Part shown: one piece after another, positions 8,867 to 17,506 of the stretch | How the letters are laid out: each line of letters starts with the position of its first letter | Numbering within the stretch: position 1 is the first letter of the stretch | Origin: Candidatus Jordarchaeia archaeon | GTDB lineage: Archaea > Asgardarchaeota > Jordiarchaeia > Jordiarchaeales > Jordiarchaeaceae | Direction of reading: 5' to 3' | NCBI GenBank assembly: GCA_029856435.1 | Contig: JAHQXB010000156.1 | Coordinates: 1 to 41,104 of the forward strand | Length of the DNA: 41,104 bases | The notes under the pieces: model-generated | The model's database searches: none | Told to the model about the DNA's origin: nothing | Seen by the model: only the letters and a program-made list of their open reading frames with translations | Program-made: the position numbers and the translations under genes

Positions 8867-10048
8867 TTGAGCGTTAAATTGGCGGAAGGGGTGTACTGGG
8901 TAGGTGCAATAGACTGGAACCTAAGGTATTGCGGTTCCTACCAAACACCACTCGGCACCACTTATAATGCATACCTAATTGTCGACAAAAAAACAGTTTT
9001 GATTGATGGAGTAAAGCATACCCACAGCCTCGAAATGATAAAAAGAGTGAAGGAAATAGTTGACCCAAAAGACATCAACTACCTAATCGTGAACCATGCG
9101 GAACCAGACCACGCTGGAAACATAGAAGACGTGCTTAAACTCGCGCCTAAGGCGGAAATAATCTGCTCCAAGAGAGCCGAAGACTCGCTCACAGGCTACT
9201 ACAAAATAGACCGACCACTAAAAATAGCAAAAACCGGCGACACACTGAACATTGGAGATAGAAACCTGGTATTCATTGAAGCCCAAATGCTACATTGGCC
9301 AGACAACATGATGACCTACCTTAAGGAAAACCACATACTATTCTCCAACGATCCCTTCGGACAACACATAGCATCATCTGAAAGATTCGTGGACGACTTG
9401 GGAGAACAAATAGTAATGGATCATGCAGCCAGATACTATGCACAAATAGTCCTGCCCTACTCACAACTTGTCCTCAAAAAACTGGAAGAAGTAAAAAACC
9501 TAAAAGTGCCCATAGACATGATATGCCCAGCTCACGGATTAATCTGGAACAAGAAACCCGAGAGAATAATAAACGCCTACGCCAAATGGGCCAGCGGCGA
9601 GGCTGAAAACAGAGCCGTAATAATATTCGACACCATGTGGGGAAGCACAGACATGATGGCCAGAGAAATAAGCCGAGGACTAATGGACAACGGAGTACAA
9701 ACCACAATGTATCCAGTACGCTTCTCAGACTGGGGACTAATAATCAGAGACGTCATGCTATCCAAAATCATCCTAATAGGATCCGCAACCCTAAACATGA
9801 CCATGATGCCCGCAATAAGAGGAATACTAGAATTCATAAAAGGACTCAGACCACCAGGAAAAAAAATAGCAGCAGCCTTCGAATCCTACGGTTGGGGAGG
9901 CGGAGCATACAAAAACATCATTCCAGTCCTCCAAGAAATGAAATTCGAAGTAGTGGAACCCGGACCCAGATCAAAATGGGTACCCCAAGAAGAAAAACTA
10001 AAAGAATGCTACCAATTCGGAAAACAACTAGCACAAAAAATCAAATAA
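8867..10048 (+). CDS. fprA: Flavodiiron protein (FprA family A-type flavoprotein; O2/NO reductase)
   Basis: GTTYNAYLI, NHAEPDHAG, HWPD, DPFGQH, PAHG di-iron ligands plus flavodoxin domain TMWGST...SYGWGGG. Confidence 0.93.
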   Translation: MSVKLAEGVYWVGAIDWNLRYCGSYQTPLGTTYNAYLIVDKKTVLIDGVKHTHSLEMIKRVKEIVDPKDINYLIVNHAEPDHAGNIEDVLKLAPKAEIICSKRAEDSLTGYYKIDRPLKIAKTGDTLNIGDRNLVFIEAQMLHWPDNMMTYLKENHILFSNDPFGQHIASSERFVDDLGEQIVMDHAARYYAQIVLPYSQLVLKKLEEVKNLKVPIDMICPAHGLIWNKKPERIINAYAKWASGEAENRAVIIFDTMWGSTDMMAREISRGLMDNGVQTTMYPVRFSDWGLIIRDVMLSKIILIGSATLNMTMMPAIRGILEFIKGLRPPGKKIAAAFESYGWGGGAYKNIIPVLQEMKFEVVEPGPRSKWVPQEEKLKECYQFGKQLAQKIK

Positions 10049-10194
10049 AAAACAATCATCTCGCCATAAATACAATTCCCACACCCTCATTTTTTTGCCT
10101 TTTAGTCTATCTCCATAGCCACCATTTGCAAAAATAAAAAAATAAAAAGAGGGGGAAACGAGTGAAATATCTTCCCAGAAAGAGGGAAAGATAG

Positions 10195-11553
10195 TTATGC
10201 CTGTTTCGTCATATCAAATAATTTTACCACTTTATGACCCACGAAAGGCAAATCAGAGACCGACTCCACAATCTCAACTTCAGAGTCCACATCCAGCTTC
10301 TCTTTAAGCTTCCTCTTAACCTGCCTCTTGTACTCCTCTGGATCCTTAACCTTATCCCTATCAGTAGCCATTTTCAACTTCAAAGTATCCATAGGACCCT
10401 TAGAGTACTTGAGCATGGTGAACCACTCAGTAAACCCGGGTATATCCCCCAAAATGTTCTCTATATCTGCTGGGAAAACCCTCATACCCTTAATGTTAGC
10501 AGCAAAAGCCTCCCTACCCAATATAGTCGACCTAGTGTGAGTTCTTCCGCAACCACATTTTTCGCTAAATACGGAGCCTGTGTCCTCCGTTCCCCATTTT
10601 AACATAGGTGTGGCTTCAGCAAAGAGATTTGTAACCACAATCTCTCCTCTCTCACCACTGGCCAAAGGTTCATGCGTCTCCAAATCAAAAGCCCTCGTAT
10701 AGAACAGATCATCACACTGATGATTACCCGCATGCTCCTCGCAATCCCCAAAATACCACAGTGGATCCGCCACACCCCCAAAGTCAAAAATTCTCTCCGG
10801 CGGAACACCTGTTTCTGCCTCGATTCTTCTTTTAACAGTTTTAGTAACGATTTCGCCGTAACCGGTATCGATGAGTCTTACGCTTGAGAAGAGTTTTTTT
10901 ATGTCTTCTCCCATTTTTTTGGCGGCTTCAAATATTGCGGACATGGTTAGCATGGGGCCGGCGAATATTTGTGGCTTCATGTATTTCATTTCTATTACGT
11001 GTCTCTTTGCTATGTGGGGCAGGGGATACATGCATTCGCTTATTCCGGTGATGTTAACAATGTCCAGTCCGGTTGAAGATATTACTACATATCCGTGCCA
11101 CCTTATGCCTGTGGCGAAGACTAGGTCTTTGGGTCGCCATCCTCTCATCCATTTTAGTCTGGTTTCCTGCTCTGCGGCTGTTAGCCAGTCATCGTTTGTA
11201 TAGGCAAAAACGCTTGGGACTCCTGTGGTTCCCGTTGAGGCGTTTATCACTTTTACTCTCTCGTTTAGAGGCACACTTAGGAGCCCTCCGAAGGGGTCTC
11301 CTGTTCGGCTTCGCTCGGCCCTTAAATCGTCCTTATAGAGAATTGGGACTTTGGTGTCGAAATCATTTACTGTTTTTATGTCTTCGGGTGTTACTCCTGC
11401 TTCTTTGAAGCTTTTCTTGTAGAATGGGGTGTTGTGGTAGGCATAATTAAGTTCAGCTTTTATCTTCTTTAGTTGGAGTTCTTCTATTTCCTCCCTAGGC
11501 ATGGTTTCAATTCTTTTATTCCAGAACTTATCAAGCTCGCTTTCAACCAACAT
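10195..11553 (-). CDS. Phenylacetate-CoA ligase / F390 synthetase-like adenylate-forming enzyme (full-length)
   Basis: P-loop STGTTGVP, GEIVVTNL, CGCGRT, GR..., C-terminal domain with Lys in GHKVVK; ATG at 11553 after GGAGGGAG. Confidence 0.85.
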   Translation of the reverse strand: MLVESELDKFWNKRIETMPREEIEELQLKKIKAELNYAYHNTPFYKKSFKEAGVTPEDIKTVNDFDTKVPILYKDDLRAERSRTGDPFGGLLSVPLNERVKVINASTGTTGVPSVFAYTNDDWLTAAEQETRLKWMRGWRPKDLVFATGIRWHGYVVISSTGLDIVNITGISECMYPLPHIAKRHVIEMKYMKPQIFAGPMLTMSAIFEAAKKMGEDIKKLFSSVRLIDTGYGEIVTKTVKRRIEAETGVPPERIFDFGGVADPLWYFGDCEEHAGNHQCDDLFYTRAFDLETHEPLASGERGEIVVTNLFAEATPMLKWGTEDTGSVFSEKCGCGRTHTRSTILGREAFAANIKGMRVFPADIENILGDIPGFTEWFTMLKYSKGPMDTLKLKMATDRDKVKDPEEYKRQVKRKLKEKLDVDSEVEIVESVSDLPFVGHKVVKLFDMTKQA

Positions 11554-11573
11554 GTCTCCCTCCAAAATTTTAT

Positions 11574-12599
11574 TTATTCGAGGAATATTCTAACGTGGGT
11601 TCTTCCACAACCACAGGGGTTCGTATCCAGTCTGGCGTTATGTCCTGTTGCAAATCTTACTAGGGGTGTGGCCTCTGCGTAAAGGTTTGTGAATACCAGC
11701 ATTCCCCTCTCTCCAGGGTTTACTGGTTGTCCCGTTTCTGGGTCCACTGTTTCCACAAGGAAGCCGTCTTCCCAAGCGTGGTGTCCGTTGCACTGGAGGC
11801 ACTCCATAGCGTAGAAGCCGCCGTATCCCATATCAATCATGCTGAGGTGTGTTCCTCCCCATGTTTTTTTGAATTCTTCTCTGGTTTCTTCGTCTAGGAG
11901 TGGACTGCCGGGTCGGAATCTGTGGACGACAATTTTGGGTTGGAAGGCTGTTTTGGGATCGCTTTTTTCCTTCTCAAGTTCTTGAGCCATTAGTTTTGCA
12001 TAGTCTACTGTGGTGATTATTATGTCGGGTTTGAAGAATTTTGTTAGGTAGGTTGCTCTTGGAGCATCTAAGAGGAAGAGAGTGTTTTCGATGGGAATTG
12101 AGGTGAAGGGAATCAGGCTCTGCACGGTTCTCCTTACTCGAAAGTGTCCCTCAATGAGGGCAGCTATGCTTTCCCATTGGGTGGCTTGTAGTTCTAAAAC
12201 GTCGCCGCTTGAGAGTCCAATCATTACTAGATGTCTGGTGAGGTGGTCGACGAGTACTTCTCTTTCATACTCTGTTGAGATAGACATGATTGGTGGTTCT
12301 TCGATTTCCGGTTCGGGGGGAGCGGTTATGCCCCAAATTTTGTCTCTGGGAATCGCGCATCTTCCGCCGAAGGGGTCATCCGTTGTGACTTCTTTTTTTA
12401 TGTCCTGTTTAGTGGTTAGGGGAAACTTTTTTATGTCCTTTAGGGTTTTGAAGTCTTCGGGTTTTACTCCTGCTTCTTTGAATTTTTTGTGGTAGAACCT
12501 AGTGTTGTCGTAGACGTATTTGAGCTGTTTTTTGAGGCTTTCTTCCTGTAGCTTTTCGATTTCCTTTCTGGGCATGGTTTCAATATTTCTCCTCCACAT
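11574..12599 (-). CDS. PaaK-like paralogue lacking P-loop and C-terminal domain (probably non-catalytic)
   Basis: N-terminus IETMP..EIE.LQ and GERGMLVFTNL...CGCGRTH homologous to neighbour; P-loop region replaced by TAPPEPEIEEPP; ends right after CGCGRTH. Start at ATG 12599. Confidence 0.75.
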   Translation of the reverse strand: MWRRNIETMPRKEIEKLQEESLKKQLKYVYDNTRFYHKKFKEAGVKPEDFKTLKDIKKFPLTTKQDIKKEVTTDDPFGGRCAIPRDKIWGITAPPEPEIEEPPIMSISTEYEREVLVDHLTRHLVMIGLSSGDVLELQATQWESIAALIEGHFRVRRTVQSLIPFTSIPIENTLFLLDAPRATYLTKFFKPDIIITTVDYAKLMAQELEKEKSDPKTAFQPKIVVHRFRPGSPLLDEETREEFKKTWGGTHLSMIDMGYGGFYAMECLQCNGHHAWEDGFLVETVDPETGQPVNPGERGMLVFTNLYAEATPLVRFATGHNARLDTNPCGCGRTHVRIFLE

Positions 12600-12872
12600 C
12601 AAACAACCCCCAAATATAATTAGTTTATAAAAATTATTTATAATTAAGATTATATATACTTTTGCCAAGCCCACCCAAAAAAAGGAGCCAAAACGGTGCC
12701 TATTTGGAAGGCTTCCATGTGTTTCTTAAACCATTTGTTGGCATAAGGCTTGTGTAGAAATATGTCTATAAGTTGGGGAAGTTTTCCTCGTCTTGAAACA
12801 TATTTATAAACAAATGTTTGAATGTTAATCTAAAAGTCGGGTTTATTTGCACTTTTCTCGGAAAATGGGGGT

Positions 12873-13307
12873 TTGATTGTCATGGTGAAAACTACTATAA
12901 ATGTTGAGCTTAAATGGAAGGGCAAATTAAAATATGAAGTTCAGATACGTGGAAGGCACAATTTGGTGGTTGACGCTTCGTCTGAGACTCAGGGTGACGA
13001 TGAAGGTCCAGCTCCGGACGATTTGCTCGCGGCTGCGGTGGGGGCTTGTCTTTCCTCTTCCTTCACTTTTTGCGCATCTAAGGCAAAAGCCGAATTGGTT
13101 GAGCTGACTACAATGGTGAGGGCCCAGATTTCGCGTGTAGAAGGATATTTAAGGGTTACAGGTATGGATGTGACTCTGAATCCTAAGTTTAAAGATGAGG
13201 AAGCCGCAAAGAAGAAGGATCGTTGTGTAGCAATCTTCAGGAATTATTGCACGGTCACTGAATCAGTGGTTAAGGGAATTCCGGTAAAAGTCGAAGTAAA
13301 AACTTAG
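12873..13307 (+). CDS. OsmC/Ohr family protein
   Basis: GPAPDDLLAAAVGAC...YCTV two-Cys OsmC signature. Confidence 0.88.
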   Translation: MIVMVKTTINVELKWKGKLKYEVQIRGRHNLVVDASSETQGDDEGPAPDDLLAAAVGACLSSSFTFCASKAKAELVELTTMVRAQISRVEGYLRVTGMDVTLNPKFKDEEAAKKKDRCVAIFRNYCTVTESVVKGIPVKVEVKT

Positions 13308-13414
13308 CTTTTTTTCAGAGGATTCTTTTATTTCTCACTAATCTTTTTGGAAACTTTTCATGGTTTTAGAAAAACTTTAGTTTTCGTTTTTGCCACTCGT
13401 TTCTGGAGCATTTT

Positions 13415-15130
13415 TTGGTTCTTGCTGGGGGTACTGGTAATTTGGGTGAAACTCTATACAGGGATTTGGCTGAGCTATGTGAGGATATTGAATCAACCAC
13501 CAAGAGGCTTGCAATTGTGGATCTCATATCTCAATTCCTAAAAAAATTGTCGATAGGGGAAGTTGCGCCTTCAATTAGAATGATTGTGGGTGAAGCTTTT
13601 CCCGAGTGGAGCGGCAAAACTCTGGATGTGTCCTGGAGGACTGTTCAAAAGGTGATAAAAGGCATTACCAAGGCTTCAGATGAAGAGATGCTGCAAGCCT
13701 TCAGCAAGAGGGGTGATCTCGGTGATATGGCTAAAATTTTGATGTTGAGAAAAGATGTCTCAAAGCAGGCAACGTTGCTACAAAAGCCTCTCACAATTCT
13801 TGAAGTTTACAGAAGTTTTCAAGCCATCTCTGAAGCTAAGGGTAGCGGTTCAAAAAAGAAGAAGGAAAATATTGTTCTCAGTTTGCTGAGCAGGGCAGAA
13901 CCTTTGGAAGCAAAGTATATTGTGAAAAACCTGATAGGTGAGATGAGGCATGGAGCTTCCTCAGGTTTGATGGAGGAAGCTATAGCTAAGGCGTCAGGAG
14001 CACCTTTAGAAATGGTAAAGAGGACTCATATGCTTATGGGCGATTTGGGAGACGTAGCCGAAAAAGCAATGCGGGGAGGGGCACAAAGCCTAAATGATGT
14101 TAAACCCATACCTTTTCACCCCATAAAGCCTATGCTTGTTCAAGCTGTGGATAATGTAGCTGAGGCTCTAAGAGAGCATGGAGGGGAAACCAGTCTGGAG
14201 TATAAGCTGGATGGCGCTCGGCTTCAGATACACATACGTAAGGGAGAGGTTAAAATTTTTAGTAGAAGGCTAACTGAAGTAACCGCCAGTTTGCCAGACG
14301 TGGTGGAGCAGGTTAAAAACAACATTCAGTTTAGTGAGGCTATACTTGAGGGGGAAGCGGTGGCAATAGGTAAGGACTTCCGTCCACTCACTTTTCAAAA
14401 CCTTATGAAGAGGTTTCACAGGGTTAAGGGAATAGAGGAAATGGTTAGAGAAATTCCAGTAAAGCTCTACCTTTTTGATATAATTTATCTTGACGGTAAA
14501 CTTTTAATAGATCTTCCCTACAGCGAGAGAAGAAAGATACTTTCCCGTGTGGCGGGAGAATTGGAGCTGGTTCCCCAAGTGGTAACATGCAGTGTTGATA
14601 GTGCCCAAGAATTTTTTGAAGAGGCTAAAAGCAAGGGTCACGAGGGAATCATAGCGAAAAAAATGGATAGCACATATACTCCGGGAAGAAGAGGAAGAAA
14701 ATGGCTAAAAATAAAAGAAACCGAAACCCTCGATTTGGTGATTGTGGGGGCGGACTGGGGATATGGGCGAAGAGTGAATTGGCTCAGCGATTACTATCTT
14801 GCAGCGAGAAACGAAGAAACGGGAGAACTTCAAATAATAGGTAAAACTTTCAAAGGACTCACAGACGAAGAATTTGAAGAAGTTACAGAGAAACTATTAA
14901 AGCTAAAGACCATCGAGTATGGAAGGACAGTTAGGGTTAAGCCCGAAATAGTTGTGGAAACAATTTTCGAAGAAATACAGAAATCCCCAAAGTATGAGTC
15001 CGGCTACGCTCTCAGATTTGCAAGGATAAAAAGAATAAGAGATGATAAGAACTTAGAGGATGTAGATACCATAGAGAAGGTGAAACAGCTTTACGAGAAA
15101 CAGTTCAAAGCCAAATCAAAAACATTGTGA
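13415..15130 (+). CDS. lig: ATP-dependent DNA ligase
   Basis: Motif I EYKLDGAR, EGEAV, LFDIIY, EGIIAK, WLKIK, DLVIVG, motif VI RFARIKRIRDDK; true start may be TTG 13442. Confidence 0.95.
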   Translation: MVLAGGTGNLGETLYRDLAELCEDIESTTKRLAIVDLISQFLKKLSIGEVAPSIRMIVGEAFPEWSGKTLDVSWRTVQKVIKGITKASDEEMLQAFSKRGDLGDMAKILMLRKDVSKQATLLQKPLTILEVYRSFQAISEAKGSGSKKKKENIVLSLLSRAEPLEAKYIVKNLIGEMRHGASSGLMEEAIAKASGAPLEMVKRTHMLMGDLGDVAEKAMRGGAQSLNDVKPIPFHPIKPMLVQAVDNVAEALREHGGETSLEYKLDGARLQIHIRKGEVKIFSRRLTEVTASLPDVVEQVKNNIQFSEAILEGEAVAIGKDFRPLTFQNLMKRFHRVKGIEEMVREIPVKLYLFDIIYLDGKLLIDLPYSERRKILSRVAGELELVPQVVTCSVDSAQEFFEEAKSKGHEGIIAKKMDSTYTPGRRGRKWLKIKETETLDLVIVGADWGYGRRVNWLSDYYLAARNEETGELQIIGKTFKGLTDEEFEEVTEKLLKLKTIEYGRTVRVKPEIVVETIFEEIQKSPKYESGYALRFARIKRIRDDKNLEDVDTIEKVKQLYEKQFKAKSKTL

Positions 15131-15134
15131 GTAT

Positions 15135-15192
15135 CGACGAGCGTGTGCCGGTGGCTTCCCCATGGGTGGTCTAAAGATGCACACGCTCGTCG
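15135..15192. repeat. 14-bp perfect inverted repeat (stem-loop) immediately after lig stop
   Basis: CGACGAGCGTGTGC (15135-15148) / GCACACGCTCGTCG (15179-15192); the 30-nt loop can form an inner stem. Confidence 0.85.
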
Positions 15193-15565
15193 TGGGAAAG
15201 GCTCCTCCCGTTCTGAAAAGTTTGGTACAACTATGCGTTCTTTAGAACTCTAATTGATCCAAGCTTTTCGTGACTTCCCCTTTGTGAGAAGCTTATTTTT
15301 GGTTTGTTTTTCTGTGTTCTTTTGGATATTTTTTGTGGATTTATGTTTTAATAATTTTTGTTACGAATAAATTTCTAATATTTTTCAATAATCAATATTA
15401 TTTAAATTTTTCCCCCAAATAATATAAAGTTCTGAGCCCTTCTAGTCCACTGTGTTTATTGTATGAATAGCATCCAAAAACTTAAATTCAGAATATTATA
15501 ACAGTTTAATAGGAATTAAACCTTTAAAATAGGAACTTATCAAATACAGCAGCCGGTTAAAGACC

Positions 15566-16000
15566 ATGGGCGACAGCATAGAAAAATTCATAGAAGCTCT
15601 GAGAAAGAAGGGGCACAAGGTCACACCACAGAGGATTGAATTATTTAGAGTAATTAAAAGTAGTAAACATCCCACCGCTGAGGAGATTTACCAACTAGTG
15701 AAAAAGGACTACCCTACAGTAAGCCCCGCCACCGTCTACAAAACAATAGAACTATTGCGAGGAATGGGTGAAATCCAAGAAATCAGTGTAGTGAATGGAA
15801 AAATTAGATACGAAACAAACATGACCCCCCACGTTAACATTCACTGTTTGGAGTGTGGAAGGGTCGAAGACATCTACCTAGAAAAAATTAAGGAATTGGA
15901 TGACGAATTAATGGATAAGTCTAAATATGAGATAGTAAGCCAGAGTCATGACTACTTCGGATACTGCCAGGAATGTAAAAAGAAGAAACTTTCTGAATAA
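15566..16000 (+). CDS. Fur/PerR family transcriptional regulator
   Basis: KVTPQR, HPTAEEIY, SPATVYKT, RYE, H-x-N-x-H-CLEC and CQEC zinc sites. Confidence 0.92.
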   Translation: MGDSIEKFIEALRKKGHKVTPQRIELFRVIKSSKHPTAEEIYQLVKKDYPTVSPATVYKTIELLRGMGEIQEISVVNGKIRYETNMTPHVNIHCLECGRVEDIYLEKIKELDDELMDKSKYEIVSQSHDYFGYCQECKKKKLSE

Positions 16001-16078
16001 TTCTAGTCAAAAAGTCAATATTAATAAATAGAATATTTATAAAAATAAAAAAGGTATAGTTTTTATCCTTTTTTGACT

Positions 16079-16726
16079 TTATAACTTTTTCATGCAGAGG
16101 TACCAGTCTATACACTCGTATCCTTCAGTTAGCCTTTTTTCAGCATCAGCCTGGGTTTTGGGCGCTGGAACAATAACCTTGTCGCCTGGTCTCCAGTTGG
16201 CTGGCGTAGCTACCTTGGCTCTGTCCACGGTTTGCAGAGAGTCCAGAAGTCTCAGAATTTCATCCATGTTTCTTCCAGAAGTTAAGGGATAATATAGCAT
16301 AGCTCTTAGGATGCCTTCAGGATCAATATAGAATACTGTTCTTACGGTTGATGTTTCACTTGTGGCTTTGTGAATCATGTTGTATAGTTTTGCTACCTTC
16401 ATGTCTAGGTCTGCAATAACTGGGAATGGTATTTTTACCCCTTGTTTCTCTTCGATGTTTCTCACCCAGGCTATGTGGGAATAGAGGCTGTCAATGCTTA
16501 ACCCGATAAGTTGGGTGTTTCTTTTTTGTAGTTCGGGCCATATTTTGGCAAATGCAACGAATTCTGTGGTGCATACGGGTGTGAAGTCTGCCGGGTGGGA
16601 GAACAGAATTACCCACTTTCCTCTAAAATTAGATAGTTTTATTGGTCCATGTGTGGTTGTTGCTTCAAAATCGGGTGCTGGTTTTCCAATTTCTATAAAA
16701 TGTTTTTCTTCTTCTGTTTTTTCCAT
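16079..16726 (-). CDS. Peroxiredoxin (Prx6 / archaeal thioredoxin peroxidase type)
   Basis: FSHPADFTPVCTTE, GRNMDEILR, TPANW, C-terminal CIDWYLC. Confidence 0.95.
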   Translation of the reverse strand: MEKTEEEKHFIEIGKPAPDFEATTTHGPIKLSNFRGKWVILFSHPADFTPVCTTEFVAFAKIWPELQKRNTQLIGLSIDSLYSHIAWVRNIEEKQGVKIPFPVIADLDMKVAKLYNMIHKATSETSTVRTVFYIDPEGILRAMLYYPLTSGRNMDEILRLLDSLQTVDRAKVATPANWRPGDKVIVPAPKTQADAEKRLTEGYECIDWYLCMKKL

Positions 16727-16751
16727 AATTTGTTTGCCTCCTCCATGTTTG

Positions 16752-16775
16752 AACCTAAATTTATAAATTTAGGTT
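16752..16775. promoter_or_regulatory. 24-bp perfect palindrome upstream of peroxiredoxin; candidate Fur/PerR operator centred on a TATA-like core
   Basis: AACCTAAATTTATAAATTTAGGTT equals its own reverse complement; 26 nt upstream of the prx start. Confidence 0.7.
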
Positions 16776-17023
16776 TTCTAGGAGCTTAGATGATAAAAAA
16801 TATTTGTTAATTTTTGTTTTTAATTAAGAATAAATATTATTTAAATATTTTGCTTATTTGGCTGAAATGAACGAGGCTCCAACACAACGATTCACACAAT
16901 CGTATCTGCAAAACTTTTTATGTTTTAAAGTTTCGTTTCATATAGTATAGTAATGAATATCAACTAAAAATCAATTCAAAGTATATTAATGTTAGGGTTT
17001 ATTGGATAGGTGGGACAATCATT

Positions 17024-17449
17024 ATGTCGAGTCTGCAAGAATTCATAGACTATCTCAGAAGTAGGGGATACAAGGTAACACCCCAGAGGCTAGAAATATT
17101 CAAAACAGTAAAATCTATGAGAAATCATCCCAACGTATATATGATTTACCAAGAGGTAAAAAAGAAGAATCCCACTATAAGTCCAGCAACGGTTTACAAA
17201 ACATTAGAGGTATTAGAGAGAGTCGGAGAGATTCAGGCAGTTTGTCAGATAGACGGCAAAACAGTATATGACACTAAGCTAAGCCCTCACATAAACATTC
17301 ACTGCCTAAAATGCCATAAGATAAAAGATGTAGAATCCGATTTAGTCGAAAGATTGGTAAAGGAAGTTCAAATAAAAAGTGGAGCCAGAATCGTTAGTCA
17401 AAGCATAAACTTTTTTGGGTACTGCTCCAAATGTGCGGATGAAAAATAG
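17024..17449 (+). CDS. Fur/PerR family transcriptional regulator (second paralogue)
   Basis: KVTPQR, HPNVYMIY, SPATVYKT, VYD, HINIHCLKC and CSKC. Confidence 0.92.
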   Translation: MSSLQEFIDYLRSRGYKVTPQRLEIFKTVKSMRNHPNVYMIYQEVKKKNPTISPATVYKTLEVLERVGEIQAVCQIDGKTVYDTKLSPHINIHCLKCHKIKDVESDLVERLVKEVQIKSGARIVSQSINFFGYCSKCADEK

Positions 17450-17506
17450 CAGTCGTAAATTGGAGGAAGCTTTTCTAAATCGTGTTATGAAATACCATGT
17501 TCCGGA

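Noticed and set aside
9637-10137. 166-aa Arg/Asn/Thr-rich ORF overlapping fprA
   Set aside because: Alternate frame kept open by T-poor (A/C-biased) composition, which depletes stop codons.
11554-11600. Truncated PaaK paralogue as a frameshifted fragment continuing downstream
   Set aside because: The next gene begins 20 nt later with its own RBS and a full N-terminus, so there is no room for a missing C-terminal domain.
15135-15192. Hairpin as SECIS element recoding the lig TGA or a nearby selenoprotein
   Set aside because: Ligase is complete at its TGA, prx and osmC use Cys codons, no in-frame TGA-split redox gene was seen, and no clear SECIS core motif is present.
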